This document shows positions 39,855 through 55,128 of a DNA stretch of 64,000 nt, one piece after another. Both the position numbers and the translations under genes were made by a program. Within the stretch, counting starts at the first letter, position 1; each line of letters begins with the position of its first letter. Below the pieces are notes generated by a model. That model had not been told where the DNA came from. It saw only the letters and a list, made by a program, of their open reading frames with translations, and did no database searches. The stretch lies in assembly GCA_951406725.2 (NCBI GenBank), contig OX597814.1:167834001-167898000 (forward strand). The letters are read 5' to 3'. This DNA comes from Octopus vulgaris. Lineage: Eukaryota.

Positions 39855-40106
39855 GTATATATATATATGTATGTATGTGTGTGTGTTCGTGCGTGTTTGT
39901 GTGTCTGTGTTTGTCCCCCCAACATCGCTTGACAACCGACGCTGGTGTGTTTACATCCCTGTAACTTAGCGGTTTGGCAAAAGAGACCAATAGAATAAGT
40001 ACTAGGCTTACAAAGAATAAGTCCTGGGATCAATTTGCTCGACTGAAGGCGGTGCTCCAGCATGGCTGCAGTCAAATGACTGAAACAAGTAAAAGAGTAA
40101 AAGAGT
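39648..40106 (+). mobile_element. SINE family A (other copies ~44838-45243 -, 45495-45834 -, 55483-55880 +, 56452-57225 + interrupted, 61706-62040 +)
   Basis: Same head, body and tail with an expanded internal microsatellite. Confidence 0.85.
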
Positions 40107-41821
40107 ATCTGCCTGTGCATGTGTGGATCATTATATCTGATAATTATATTTTCAGTTTTCAAAAATTAAGATTACTGATATCTCTTATGATTTACTTTCT
40201 ACAATCTTATATTTGGTTTTTCTCCTTTTACCTGTTTTTAAATATTTTGCTTCACTGAAGTTATTCTTTAAAATGAATAGGCTGCTGTTAACTCTTATGA
40301 GATTTATATTAAGGTTGATATTCACTCTTATTCTCTCACCTTTCTAACTTTTCATTTCTTTTCTAACACCTATCTTTTTTCTTTGTGCCTTGAATCATGT
40401 GACTTACAACAGGTGTAAGTTGATTCAAGCCTATCACTTGTCCTTTTTGGTTATACTGGGTAACCTAGTCTTTTCACTAAAGAAAAACAATCATGCACGA
40501 CATTCTGTTTGTTTATCACTTGACTGATCAACCCAGGCTGTGCTGCTTAATCTACTGAGATATTTGATCTGTTCAGTGGAACATTAAGTGTAGGAGGAAA
40601 AAGAGAAGAAAAAAACATCACAAATCAGGTGAAATGTACTCATACAATAGCTACACATTCATACTTGATTACTTTAAAAGAATAAACAAATGAAAGAAAA
40701 AGAATACAGATTTTAAAAAACAAGAACAATCACACAATAAATACATGCATACCCGGAAAAAAATCCAGATACCAATATGTAAAAACTGACCATTTCCAGA
40801 GTTTAAATGGATAAAGATCATAAGTGTACAGTAAAAAAAAATTTGTTGCTCTAAAATTATAGAAAGCAATAAAGGAACTAATTTAACAGCCTTGTTTTAT
40901 ATGACCCCACTTAAATTGCAACACATTATTTCTGATCAATTCATTTGCTATATGTACCTGAGGACATTGCTTAAATTCTGCATTATTTTGAAGGATTTTT
41001 GCATGTTGCACATTAATACAGACAAGTAATGTATTTATTAAATATAATATAAATTATTTACAAGTTTTTAAGTTACAAAACAATTTGTCATGATATTAGA
41101 ATTTTCTTATTTTTAAGTAAAATTTCATCAAACTATTTCTCAGTCATTTATGACTCTCTGTGTGTGTGTGTGTGTGTGTGTGCATGCGTGCGTTGGACCA
41201 CTGAACTCAGTATGTGTTTTTTTCATTCTCTCTCTATTTATTTCTTCTTATTCCTTTCTGTCGAAGAGCATAGGCTCGAAACATAAAGACATTTCCATTT
41301 TTCCCAAGTGTCAAACTAATACACTTGCTTGTTCCTACACCTGTCTTCACCTTTGTTTTTCTATAAATTTGAACAATATATATATATATATATATACATT
41401 GGTGAGGGAACACATATTTTCCCTTAGAAGCATGGCTTAGAGGGTGGGAGTAGGATTTTTACAGCTAGATGCTTGTACTGTGACTGACCCTTACCTGCTT
41501 TTCCTTTAAGAGATTTTTTATTCCAGAAGAATTTGAAAGTGCAGAGCAAAGAGATGCTTTGTTGACAGGAAATATTAACAAATGTCACCCTTTGTTGCCA
41601 TAGCTTAGCATACACACACACACACACACCAGTTGGCTTCCAATTTTTGTCTACCATTATTCCCGCACAAAGTATTGGGCAGCCCAGGGCCATAAAAGAG
41701 AATGCTTGTCCAACCAAGGTACCACACAGTGGACTTGAACCCAAAGCCACTTGGCTAGAGAAGTAAACTTTTTAACCAAACAGCTTTGCTTACACCTATA
41801 TATACCTTTGCTCTGTGTAAG

Positions 41822-41852
<31 letters not shown>

Positions 41853-42049
41853 ACCTAAATGGTCCTTTTAACAAAAGAAAGAAAGTTATGCAGCATATAA
41901 TACTTAATCTTAAGTTAGGGTAACTAATTGTAGCTAAACACTACTAAAATAATGGTCCTTTTATTGGTATTTTCCCAGTAACTAGATGCTGGCATTAGAA
42001 ATATTGAATTTCTAAATGTCTCAAAGAGACATGAGCGGTGGTGGAGCGA

Positions 42050-42243
42050 TAGAGTGGTTGTATACTGTCAATTTAACGTGACAGTAGGGGATTACACCAC
42101 TGCTGTTTAGCCCTAGGAAGCATTGACACTTCCTGTCGGCTTTGACACATTTCCTGTGTCCTTATATTTGTGAAGGCTAAACAGCGGTGGTGTAATTCCC
42201 TTACGGGACTGTCATGTTATGTTGACAGTATACAACCACTCTA
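42050..42243. mobile_element. MITE-like foldback element with ~63-bp TIRs
   Basis: tagagtggttgtatactgtcaa...ctgtttagcc / ggctaaacag...ttgacagtatacaaccactcta. Confidence 0.75.
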
Positions 42244-43795
42244 GATGCTGGCAATATTCCAACAATATAACTACTTTCCATATTACATTGGTTTTCTTTT
42301 TCAACCTGAAATATTAAAAATATTAATTTGCTGGGATTGGAATATATATATTTAAAGCACGTGTTTGTGTGTGTATGTGTATTTAAAACATCCCCTTCAA
42401 GTATATCACTGTCTTGACTGAATTATTTCAATTGAAGTGATATAGAAATCTTTGACAAATGTTAACTTTTTAAATAATGTATTTGGCACATAACATTTGC
42501 TTATTATTTATTATTCAGATTACTAATTATGTTTATTAAAATTGAACCACATCAGCTAAAGTCAGACTTCTGTTTTATTGAAACTATTTAGTGGTGAGAT
42601 GGGTGGGATAAGTTTTTGTTCAGAATTTTGGTTATAATCAGTCTATCATGTCAGAAGGTTTTACATAAGATCAGTGATTGATAAATAGTAGGATTTGCAT
42701 TTTGTGTTTCGTAGAGCACTAACTTTGGTAATATTTTCAAAAAACATTAAGCCAGCAGCATACATTATCAGAGGCAGACTCCTCTAATATCAGCTGCAAT
42801 TTTTTTGCTTCATTTTTATTTACTGTCATAAAGGATATTGAAATGATACCATTAGTCTAATAAGCTAATAAAAAAAGACACACTCTCTCATAATATAACT
42901 AATATAAATACAACTTGTTTGATTATTCTGTTTATTGAACATAAAATAAATTAGTTTAAATACTAATTTTGTTTGCTTTCTTTTTTAAAAAAAAAAGTTC
43001 TGCATTTTGTGAGTTGTAAATAAAATATAATGAAGTTTATCCTGATTTAAATATCAATGTAATGTGTCATTATATCAAAATATATTTCCTACAGTTTTAA
43101 TTTAAAACAAGGAAAATAACATAAGCTTTGAAGTAGAGATCGAATTTCTGTAATCTTTCACATAAATTTCTATGATGTTTATTCTTGAAAGATTGCTTCT
43201 TCACACCTTTTTTTTTTCTAGAATAATATAATTAACATATTTGTACATTGATTTCTAAATTCTAGATCAATAATTTTATTTTTATCAATTTGAAGTTAAA
43301 TCTCAAAACAGGAATAAGTTGAATATAATTGACAGTATATTTAGTATTAGTGAACAGAGACACTAGCTAAAGCATAAGTATTAATATATCTTAATCTCAG
43401 AGCAGAAAGTCTCAACTTCCTGCAGCCCCAACCATCCCCATGTTTTGCAAAAAATAAATAAATAAAAACAGGTCATTTTAATCAACCAGAAGCTAATTCA
43501 GTGCAGTAATTTATTATCCATATCTTTCTATACTATCCCATTCTCCCCCACACCTTCTTTTATAGAACTTACTAAGACCATAAGAAACTATGTAACAAAA
43601 GACATGTTTCTGCTTACTGAAGACACAATCTACCTGCAAAATTTTTTTTTTCTTTTGTAAATTGGTTTAAAATATAAGTATTGTACTTGTTTAAATATTT
43701 TATTGCTAAGTAAAATTATGACCTCCTCCCCCATTAAACACCTAGTACATCCTTGTGAGCTCACAACGCCTATAATATGCTACTATTGTCTAGGT

Positions 43796-43983
43796 TAGTG
43801 CTCCGCAACCGGTATGCTGCGGTACTCATGGTGTACCGCGAAATGATGCTAGGTGTGCCGCAGTATAACCTGAATATAAATTTTTTCCCCTATACTTTTA
43901 GTTATATTTTTTGTTCAGGTGTGCCACTGAATTTTCAAAAGGATGTAAGTGTACTGCAAGAAAAAAAAGGTTGTAGAGCACTG
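43796..43983. mobile_element. hAT-family MITE
   Basis: TIRs tagtgctccgcaacc / ggttgtagagcactg with a perfect 8-bp TSD GTCTAGGT (43788-43795, 43984-43991). Confidence 0.88.
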
Positions 43984-45637
43984 GTCTAGGTTAAGAACCA
44001 CTACTTCAAATAATAGGACATATATTTTGGTCTAACTCTGAGTTCAAATCCTGCCGAGTGGTCAGATTTGCTTTTCTTTCTTTTGGGGCCAATAAAATAA
44101 AATACTAGTTAAGTACTCATTTGAATTCAATTGATAAAACTCACACCCAAACTTTCTGGCATTGTGTCAATCAGTGTTAAGCAATCAGTGAAGCTCAATG
44201 AGTCTAGGTGTTTTCTGTTGGACCAACTAATATTGATTTCTTACATACAAAGCCTAATATTTATTGAGGGTGGAGGCACATCGCCTAGTGGTTAGAGCAG
44301 CAGACTCGCTTATGAACGAAACACCTAAGCTCCACCTGGCTCTGGCAGAAGGTAATGGCGAACTTCTGCTGACTCTTTCGCCACAACTTTCTCTTACTCT
44401 TTTCTCCTGCATCTTGCAGCTCACCTGCAACGGACCGGCATCCCATCCAGGTGGGGAACTTATACGCCAAGGAAACCGGGAAACTGGCCCTTATGAGCCA
44501 GGTATGGCTCAAGAAGGAACAAACAACAAATATTTATTGACAGAGATGGATTATTTTATGATATTTCTATTTCTCTCAGAAAAGCATGAACATTGTTTAT
44601 TTATAGAAGTGAAGTAGTTACCACTGATAATTAAAGCCAGTTTTCAAATTCAGCTCATTAGGAACTTATCTCTATAACACTTGTCTTGAATGAATAATTA
44701 TTGGCCTTGATGAAAATTAATTACCATTTTCACTTTGCTCGTATAAGCAATGAGAAATGAAAAAAATTCTTATAACACATTTTTATATTAAAAAGAAGAT
44801 AAATTTGATCATTTCAAAATGAACACACACAGATGCATACATAATCTTTTAACCATTTACTTGTTTCAGTCATTGTGGCCATGCTGGGGCACCACCATGA
44901 GGAGTTTTAGTCAAACAAATCGACCCCAGTATTTATTTTCTTTTTAAGCCTGCTATTTATTCTATCAGTCTCTTTTGCTGATCCAGTAAGTTACAGGGAT
45001 GTAAGCACACCAAAACCAGTTGACAAGTGGTGCATAGGGACAAAGACACACACACACACACACATACATATATATATACAATGGTCTTCTTTCAGTTTCC
45101 CATTTACCAAATCCACTCACAAGGCTTTGGTCAGCCCAAGTCTATAGTGGAAGACACTTGCCCAAGGTGCCACACAGTGGGACTGAACCTGGAACCATAT
45201 GGTTGGGAAGCAAACCTCTTACCACTCAGCCATGCCTGCACCTATGCACACACACACATATAGATAGATAGAGAGAGAGAGAGAAAGATAGATAGAGAGA
45301 GACAGAGAGAGAGAGAGAGATAAAGTTGTGGGTAATATGATGTCAAATGACATTAGATAATAGGTATATACAATGACTGGTACGGTCAAATTTCTGCCTA
45401 AACTCCAGTGTTAAGTGCATATCGGTATAAATAAATTATAAATTGATCTGATACCTGTTGACTGCCTGTTTAGGCTTTTCATCTATTCATACCTTTTATC
45501 TTTCACTTACTTCAGTCATTAGACTGTGGTCATGCTGGGGTGCCATCTTTATGAATTTTAGTCAAACAAATTAACCCTAGTACTTATTCTATTGGCCTAT
45601 TTTGCTGAACTGCTAAGTTACAGGGACATAGATGCGC

Positions 45638-45711
<74 letters not shown>

Positions 45712-47186
45712 GCTTTCTTTCAGTTTCTGTCTACCAAATCAATTTACAAGGCTTTAGGTGGCCCAAGGTGCCACACAGTAGGACTGAACCCAAAATCAAG
45801 TGGTGAGGAAGCATAATTCTTACTACACAGCCACAAATTATTTGAATTCTTTCCGCAAAGAAGGAGCTGGTTTCTTATAAAGAAATGCAGAAACTATTGC
45901 AGAAACGGAATTTGGATAACTATTGCAAATGAATGTTACAAGATGAAATTTAGGAAAGTTTTGCATGTTTTTAGTGTTCCACTTACAGATTGTATTGTAA
46001 ATTGCTTAATAGATGGTGACCTTCTTCACCTGAAGATCCTAGCTTTTCCAGATTGTCTCTTAAACATTTATTAACATCACCCAGCATACCAGTAATTATT
46101 TAACCATATGAAAATGCATGATCCTGAGATTGCCATCCATAAATATATTCCTTCTCGTGGATTTCAGAGGAAATGGTCATGTGTATACCAACATATAGTA
46201 TGTATGTGTGTGTGTGTGTGCGCGCGCACGCGTGTGTGTGTGTGTATATATATATATGTATATATACGTGTATATAGACACACATGTTTTCATTTTGATA
46301 TTTAGTTACTTTTTTTAAGAATTTAAAATTACCTTTATTCTTTTTTTTCTTTCATGAAAATAATGGCCCTGTCCTTTCTAGCATTGAGGTATCAGTAGAC
46401 CTTTTCTCTTAAAATGGGTTTGCGTTTTATTCTGCTTTTTTTACTTATTTAAAATTATAAAAACATAGTAATGTTTTTCACCCAGTACCCTGCTGACAAA
46501 TATAGAGATACAGTTAATCATAAGTGGAGTGATAGACACAGTAAAATTATAGACTAAATACTTTGAACTATTTAACTGTGTATTTTCACATTCTGTTTTC
46601 CTGGGATTGGTAAAATACATACTGGTAAAATACATACTGAGAATGATTCAGCCCTCTTCTACTGAAGCGTGGTTTTGTACCGAATTTGGAAATCATGATT
46701 AGAATTATGTATGTGTTTGTGTATTCTTCTTTTACTTGTTTCAGTCATTTATTTGACTGCGGCCGTGCTGGAGCTCTGCCTTATAAAAAGTGAGTTTTCT
46801 GTATGCATGGGACTCGAACCCATATACATATGTGTTTATTATATCAAAAGTTGACAGTCTGTTCAAACTTTCACCTTGGGGTGAGCCATGTATGACTTCC
46901 TGACATATATAAAGTGTGAAACTTCAAATAAATTTATCATCTTTTGAAACGATAAACATATCTATCCGCTCTGTCCAGTGTATTGAGTTCTTTATCAGAC
47001 AATGTATGAACTATGTAAGATAACTTTTTAATATATTTTAGAACACTTACATTATGGTATTTACACATATACATATATATCATCATCATCATCATCATCA
47101 TCGTTTAACGTCCGTTCTCCATGCTAGCATGGGTTGGACGGTTCGACCGGGGATCTGGCAAGCCAGAAGGCTGCACCAGGTTCCGG

Positions 47187-47233
<47 letters not shown>

Positions 47234-47266
47234 CACATCTACATACATACTTTCACACACATATAG

Positions 47267-47313
<47 letters not shown>

Positions 47314-47436
47314 TATATATACATATATGTATACATATATATATACATACATTGATAGATAGATAGATAGATAGATAGACACACACACAGATAGATGTGT
47401 TTTTTCTTGTGTATTTTTCTATCTTTTTGGATTAAT

Positions 47437-47487
<51 letters not shown>

Positions 47488-50400
47488 TCACACACACACG
47501 TATACTCATGCATATATATAAACATAATCATTTTGTTATAATAAATTTACTAAATAATCTCATTTATTCTACAATGGAATTGATTTGTGACATATTACAG
47601 AAGAAATGCCTACTATGCATTTCACACACATGTTCAAACTTATATATATATGATATTGAACCAATAAAGGGGGCATCTAAATGTTTGCTTGAGCATCTAG
47701 ATATTTCCTGACATAGACTTCTTTGCAGCGAAATCACCTTCAATTCACACTCAGTGATCTTAAATAAAATGAAATTAGATAAAGGATCATTCGATAATGT
47801 ATTCTGTTATATGCCTGGAAGAAAGAAATCAATGGGATAGTCTTGACTGGAACATATTTGACCATATGTCTGCTTTGACTATTTGCTTCCCTAGGGCTAA
47901 TATAAACAACCTGATGTGTGTGTGTGTGTGTGTGTGTGTGTGAACATTCACACACTCACACACACAGACTTTCATTCATTATATAAACACATGCTCAAAT
48001 GCATTTTTTTAAAAACTAAGACAATAAACCTCTAACTCTCTCCATTGTGAAGTGTAAGCTAGAATCAATATATATTTATTGTCATTTCTATCATCTTTTT
48101 AAATTAAAAAAAAATTTACTCGCCAAATTGAGAAATTATTACTTTTTAATTAGCATCTTTGTTCTACCATTTTGTTTTGTTATTGCCATGAATTAGTTCT
48201 TAGTGACCTTATTAGCAAAAATACTTATAGAAACTACATTTTCAATAGTTGCTTTCAATTATGCACTACAACAACAATAATAATATTGATGATGATGATG
48301 ATGATTTCTAAAAATAAGCAAAATTTATGGGGAAGGGCCATAGTCACTTATATTGCCACAGTACTTATTTATTTTATTGATCATGAAAAGGCAAGTGTTA
48401 AAGTTGAAATTAATAATAATAATAATAATGATATTAATTTTTTGATGCAAAGTGAGAGTATTTGATGTTTTGTTAGCATCATATTCTTAATTAGATTAGG
48501 TACATTCAAACATACATAGATACATATAAAGTTACATATTTTAATTACCACCATGTGTATATTTTATATACACATGTGTATATAAAAATATACATGTGTA
48601 TGTTTGCATGCGTGTATGTATATGTATAGATAAATAGATAAAATTCTTAGTAATTAATTATATATACCTACATGTTTACACAGAACAATTTATATAGTTT
48701 CCTTAAGTATACTTATTAAGCTAGTCCGTTGTGTATAATTCTGTTGTATCTTATTCCAAAAATCATATATTTAAAAAAGGGAATCTAAACTACAAAATCT
48801 ATGAAGGAAAATATTTAAAAAATTTGATGCAATAACTAAAGAAATATAAATACCTGAATTAGGGTCTTGGTAAGAAAATATGCATACAACTGTGCAGCCA
48901 ATTTACCGAATATGAAATCAATAAGGAGTCTGCAAAGTTGGGTAAATTGATATTGAAACAAGATGGTTGACAGTTATTGGTTACGTTTTTGCTAAAGACA
49001 CTACTGCTGATGATGTTGCTGCTGCTACTGCTGCGGTCAATGAGTGAATATAATAATAATCTATGGATTTTTGTTGGAATAGGGAAGCAAACAACAATAA
49101 CAACAGAAAAAATGTATTATTTGTAAGATGAATTGTTTATCTATTGAAACATTGAATTCCTCATGTTACTTTTTGTTTATCTTCCATAGTAAAAAAAAAA
49201 AATAGATAAATATACCCAGTAGGTTGTGAAAGATTTTGAACAATCCTATTATTGTGAAGGTGATGGACTGACTCTACAACAATGACATACTTTGAAGAAT
49301 AAAAAGGAGTTAAAAATAAAAACGAAAAAGAAAGCATTTGTACATCACTGTCACTAAGCCCTTTCCATACCAAATATTTGTGCTGACTCACCAGACCTTC
49401 AGTCAGTTTAACTGCAACTTCTGGAACTATCTGTCTATTGTCTTTGTCTGTGGGTTCTTCTCCTTTCACTCATTTCCTGCTCTACTTCCTCTCATTCTCC
49501 AAAAATGTAATTTTAAAGGAGAGTGTTATTAGGGATTCTGTGGATTTCTTTCTCTCTTTCTTTTCCCTTCCTGGTATTTTTTTGCTATATCTCTCCAGTG
49601 ACTTCTCATAATCATTATTCTGCTGCAGCAAGTCAGATACAGTTTATCACTTTTAACCTTCATTCCTAACTTTCAGTCACAATGACTCCATTATGAGAAA
49701 TTCATTTAAGCTGATTTACCAGCTAATAAATAAATATTGTCATGTTGCCTGTTATATCTAGAAAGGAACATTTGGAAATTATTATTCTGTTTAGAAAGTC
49801 TTGTGATTATAAACACTAAACATTAGACTGATAAATGGATTATGGATTTTTACACAGTGCTTGTTATTTTGAAAGCTAACTCAGTACATATGCTTTTAAC
49901 TACATAGTTGATTTTTTTAACAATAAAATCATTTATTGTAATATATGGCTATTTCAAATTTCATTAGTTAGTCACAAATTATCTCTACGTGAAGTTTAAA
50001 TTGTTATATATTTCTAAGACTCAATATTATAGTTATATAGTTATAGAATCTTACCTTTAGGATCGATCTATTTAATACTTAGATTTGAGATTGTATCAGG
50101 GCCATATATAAGATTTTTATATATTTAAAGTCAAGACATGTTTACAATAAAGCAGCAGCCAAAATTCACATACACAAAATAAAGTGGTTAAATATAGGCT
50201 ATTACTGATAACTTCATGTATATATTTTTTGTGTGTTTTTGGAATTTTTATCTAAACATTTATCTTTTACATTAAACGTTTTTGTAATAAGATTTTTTTT
50301 TTCTCTACAATACTAACATTTTTCTTTCTTCCTGTTTACATAAAAATTTGCTTGCTTACATAGTGTATTTACATCAGCATAGTATTGGTCAGAAATGAAA

Positions 50401-50569
50401 AAAAAGAACAAGTGTCAATTTGAATTTACTAAACAACTTAACTTTTAATCTCATATATTTTGTTAAGAATTGTCATTGAACAAAAACTTTCACAGTAGAT
50501 TGTAGCCCATAAAAATATGGAGGCAGGTTGTTCATGATGTATAGTGCACAACTATGTATCCATTTACCC

Positions 50570-51480
50570 ATCTCCTCTGCCCACAGTCCCTGAGGGATTG
50601 TGAAGGTAGAGTCCTCAGACCCCTCCTCTACAAGGTCCTATCAGAAGCAACCTTCATTTAACTTTACAGCTTGATTTCCAAATATGACTGACTGAGACTA
50701 TGGAAATTATCCAACCATCTCATTTTTGGTCTACCCCTAGGCCGCTTGCTCTTTGGCTCAGTTTGAAGAATTTGTCTTGCAATTCTTACCTGCAACCTTC
50801 TAATTATACTTCCATAGTACCAGAGCTATGACATCTCAATGTGGAGAAGAAATAGCTCAACTTGGAGAGACTCCTTGATTTTCAAGCTACACACCCTGTC
50901 AATTAACATTACTTCAGAGGTCCTTCAGAGAACACCATTTCAGTCACTTGCAATTGTGACCATACTCTTTTAGCCATTATCCAACATTCAAGACCATAGG
51001 TGAGGGTGGGTATGAAAACGGAATTGAAGAGAGCAAGTTTGGCTTTTTTACCAACCTCTCTCCTTCTAAGGATTGAATGCTGGAGCTGGTGCATAATTGT
51101 GCTAACACCTGAAATTCTAGCATACAGTACTAACACCTGTAATTCTAGCATCCAGTATCAACACCTGTAATTCTGGCATCCAGTGCTAACACCTGTAACT
51201 CTAGCATCCAATTCAGCCGTCTGTTTCACATCACTTGTGAGAAAGACTCCCAAGATACTTAATCTTCTCCTTTGTCTCAGTGATGTTCCACTAATATGCA
51301 TGGTGTACTGGGAAGACCTTCTTGAGAGAACCAGTGTTTCAGTTTTCACTATGCTAATTCTAATCTCTGCCTTGCAGCACCCAGCAATGAACCCACTCAG
51401 TGCATGCTGCAGATCACCTTCTGATGAATCAAGTAGCACCATGTTGTCTGCAAATATCAGCCAACTAATCCTAATTCTAC
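50570..51480 (-). mobile_element. 5'-truncated RTE-clade (Expander/Rex3-like) LINE remnant
   Basis: LIFADNMVLLDSSEGDLQ, KAKLALFNSVFIPTLTYGLECW and KRPRGRPKMRWLD, with frameshifts. Confidence 0.85.
51100..51210. repeat. ~27-29-bp minisatellite x4 inside the RTE remnant
   Basis: ctaacacctgtaattctagcatccagt repeated. Confidence 0.85.
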
Positions 51481-51940
51481 AACTATGTAGAAATAGAAAT
51501 ACAGAATTTTCTCCAATAATGTCTTGTAGATTTCAGATTTGTACTTGCGTGGTTAATGATTTGATCTAAGACTGTCTGTTGAAACTGAGATTGTCTTATT
51601 CATTTGTCTTGATGTTTTATAGAATGTCACATTGTTTTTCACTGATTACTTATAACAATAGCAAATCACATTTGTTTGTTTCTGGTTTTGTTCTTTTCTT
51701 GAAGATCCTAAGTGCTTTTCTTCTTTTGTTCTTGTTGATTATCCCTAGGCCAGCCCTAATTGAGTGGACATTATAATCAGAGGTTTTATGGCCTTGACCA
51801 CCTACTTCTGCTTTGGGGAATAGTGTATATAGGACTACATTATTCAATGTAACCTTCTTTATTTTTAAGATGGTAGGTTGAGATTTCGCTGCTATTTTTA
51901 GTGACCATGTGGGGCTTCCTTCATTATATAGGATGTTTTA

Positions 51941-51986
<46 letters not shown>

Positions 51987-52589
51987 GAGGGTGCATGGCT
52001 AGGTGATTTGGGTGTTGCACTCACAATCTGGCGATTATGATTTCAATTCCTAGACCAAGTGCTGCGTTGTGTTCTTATGCAAAACACTTCATCTCACATT
52101 GCTCTGCAATCACTTCAACACCTGACATGTGGTACACTGCACTTGTTCGGGCAACGTCAATTTGATGGAGAGAGTGAGCTAATGTGTGGCATGAACATTT
52201 GATCACTATAAACAAATCACTTGTGCAAGTCATTCAGCAAAAGCCGAACACTCGGTGGGAGAGTCCATTATCATTAAGGTGGCAAGCAGGCAGAATCTTT
52301 ATTTTGAGTTCAACTCTGCTTTCCATCCTTTTGGGGTTGATGAAATAGGTACCAGTCTAGCATTGGGGGTCAGTGTAATTAACTATTCTCCTTCTTTTTA
52401 TCATCATCAGCAGCAGCAGGGCTGTAGATTGTCAGAATCATTAGTGCATCAGACAAAATACTTTACAGCATTTCTTCCAGGTCTTTACATTCTGAGTTCA
52501 AAAGTACCTGTCGAGCACTGGGTTCAATGAAATTGAATCACCTCTCCCCTTGTGCCAAATTTTGAAGCAGTTATTATTATTATTAGTCT

Positions 52590-53075
52590 TATGTCCCCCT
52601 TTCATTTATGAGTGCAAATGGTGCCATTGAGGAGATTGGTATGCAGAGTGTTGTCCAGCTGTGCTTTGAGTACACTGTTAATCAAGGCAAATGCCTTCCA
52701 CCCTACTTTTGCTCTACAGGAGATTTCAGAATTCATGTCTCAGTTTATATTTACTGTCTGTCTTATGTAGGCATACTCCTTTATCTTTTCAATTTCATCA
52801 CTTTCCACCACAGTTCGGCTTATGCTACATTTTTGGACTGTATGTATTTTGTTTTCCTGTGGTTAATTTTGAGGCCTACTGCTGAACTGTGGGTGTCTAG
52901 GTATGTCCTCATGGTCTGCAGCTAATCTGTGGTTTCGGTGATGAACATGATGTCGTCTTTGAATTTGGGATGTGTTCATAGTTCTCTGTTGATGTTGATG
53001 CCACGTCTGGGACAATAAATTTACAAGTACTGTCCATGCTTCACAACACAATAGGAAAACAAAACAAACCCATAC
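52590..53075 (-). mobile_element. RTE-like LINE RT fragment
   Basis: FKDDIMFI..LQTMRTYLDTHSSAVGLKINHRKTKYI..IEKIKEYAY, with stops. Confidence 0.65.
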
Positions 53076-55038
53076 ATGCCATTTACATAATCAAATATAT
53101 GCTGGCTATTGAATGGTTGGGCAAATTACTAAAAAAAACCCATTCAACATTTTTACATTGGACAAAACATCTTGCAGCTGTATTCCACAACTGGATACAC
53201 CAATACCCCTCTTGACACCAACCCTTGTTTTCAAGTAAGGTACTTTGACCTTTCTATTAGTCTTCACATTCTATTAATGTCATAACCACCATGCTCTGAT
53301 GTATCATTAAGAAGGACAACACTTATGGATATAGTGTTCTCTGTAACACCAGTTAATTTACAAAGCTTATTGGGTGCATCTTATCATGGCACCACACTAG
53401 AGAGGCTGTTTCGTCTTCTTAGCTCATACATTTTGCCCAATCATAATATAACAAAAATACAAAAATGAAGAATCTCATCAACATACAAGTTTTTTTTTTT
53501 TTCTTTTTAAATTGCTTAGTCAGAGGAAGAAGAGTAATGTTCATTAACCCTTATTTTCTGAAGAGACTAAAGTGACTAATGTAATTTTACAACTGCAGAC
53601 ATTGAAAGTTGTTAATTGTAAACATCATGGCTTTTACTGTTATATTAGACACATTATATATAATAATACCATAACTTTTCACTGGCTGATTATGCATATA
53701 CAACAAAGAACTATTTCAACATGCTATCTTACATAAAACAAAACTTGATATAAAAGATTATCTGATAATACACCTGTCTTATTTATAATTCCTCAATAAA
53801 CTAGAAGTTTACTTATGAAGATTACATTAATAAGGAAATAAATTGCAAAATTTAATATTTCTGTAGCTCATCTTAGCAACAAACTGAAGAGACTATAGTC
53901 AAACTAGTTCCTGATTGCTGAAAGAAACTTGATGGTCAGAGATTAAATGCATTTTAAGTGCAGAGATAACCAATGGCACAACATTGTTCTTATGATTCTT
54001 GCTTACAATAAAAAGCAATAAACCTTTTTATCTGATGCTTGCTTTGCCTCTAACTCCAAGCACTCTTCAAAATTCTCAGTCTCCCCTAATCTCCATGCTC
54101 CCAGCCTTATCATCACATATACATCGTTGCCATATATAAAATGTTCTTTTATTGCTCCAACCCAACAAGGCAACTGGGTTTGAGAACAGTCCCTCCGTTA
54201 CCTTGATTACTACCCTCCACAACTGACTCCTTTCGCTGCCAAACTCTTCACCTTCTGCTTTCTCTCTCATACAATATGTAAATATATAATACATATATGT
54301 GTGTGTCTATGTGTATCTGTGTACATATGCATATCATCATTCTTATGTCAATGTTTTCCACGCTTGTGTGGGTTGAACAAATTTTCTTGAGAAAGTATTC
54401 CACATCAGTTTACTCTTCTTGACACCAACTCTTACTTTCTTGCATGTATGCTACTTCAGTGCACTTGTCTTCACACATCAAAACCATCATACTTCAGACA
54501 TGTTTAAGTGATATTTAATTATCACTGCTGCTCAGGCAATGCCGGTGTGAAAACATGCAGAGACATTCATGTGCTTGCATGTGTATGCATACACATGCGT
54601 GTGTGTGTGTGTGTGTATGTGTGTGCACATGTTTTGCTTCTATACAATTTCCATTTACCAAATTTCACTTAGAACTTGAGGCTATGATAAAAAGACTTTT
54701 ACCCAAGGTGACACACAGTGGGATTGAACCTGAAACCACATAATTGCAAAACAAGCTTCTTATCCACACTGCCATACTTCTGTGATACACAGGCTTTGCA
54801 AGTTGCATCCCAGGCTACTCATTGAGGAGAAGTTACTCCACATAAGAGCTGATAGAGAGTAGAGGGTATTCTTTAGTCTTCATCCCATAGGACAACTTTA
54901 TTGGTGTCAAAAGCATGATAGAGCACATCCAGTAGACCCTGTAAAGAAGTTGATTATATGAAAGATATCCAATTATAGAAACTCTACAAAAAATGGAAGA
55001 TATGCACTCTACAAGCAATAGCAAAGTTACCCATGTTG

Positions 55039-55128
55039 ATGGACTGTAATTTCAGTAGAGTGGGGCTATTTAGTTATCCTGAATGGACTGTAATTTCAGT
55101 AGAGTGGGGCTATTTAGTTATCCTGAAT
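55039..55128 (+). repeat. Perfect 44-bp tandem duplication
   Basis: atggactgtaatttcagtagagtggggctatttagttatcctga x2. Confidence 0.95.
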
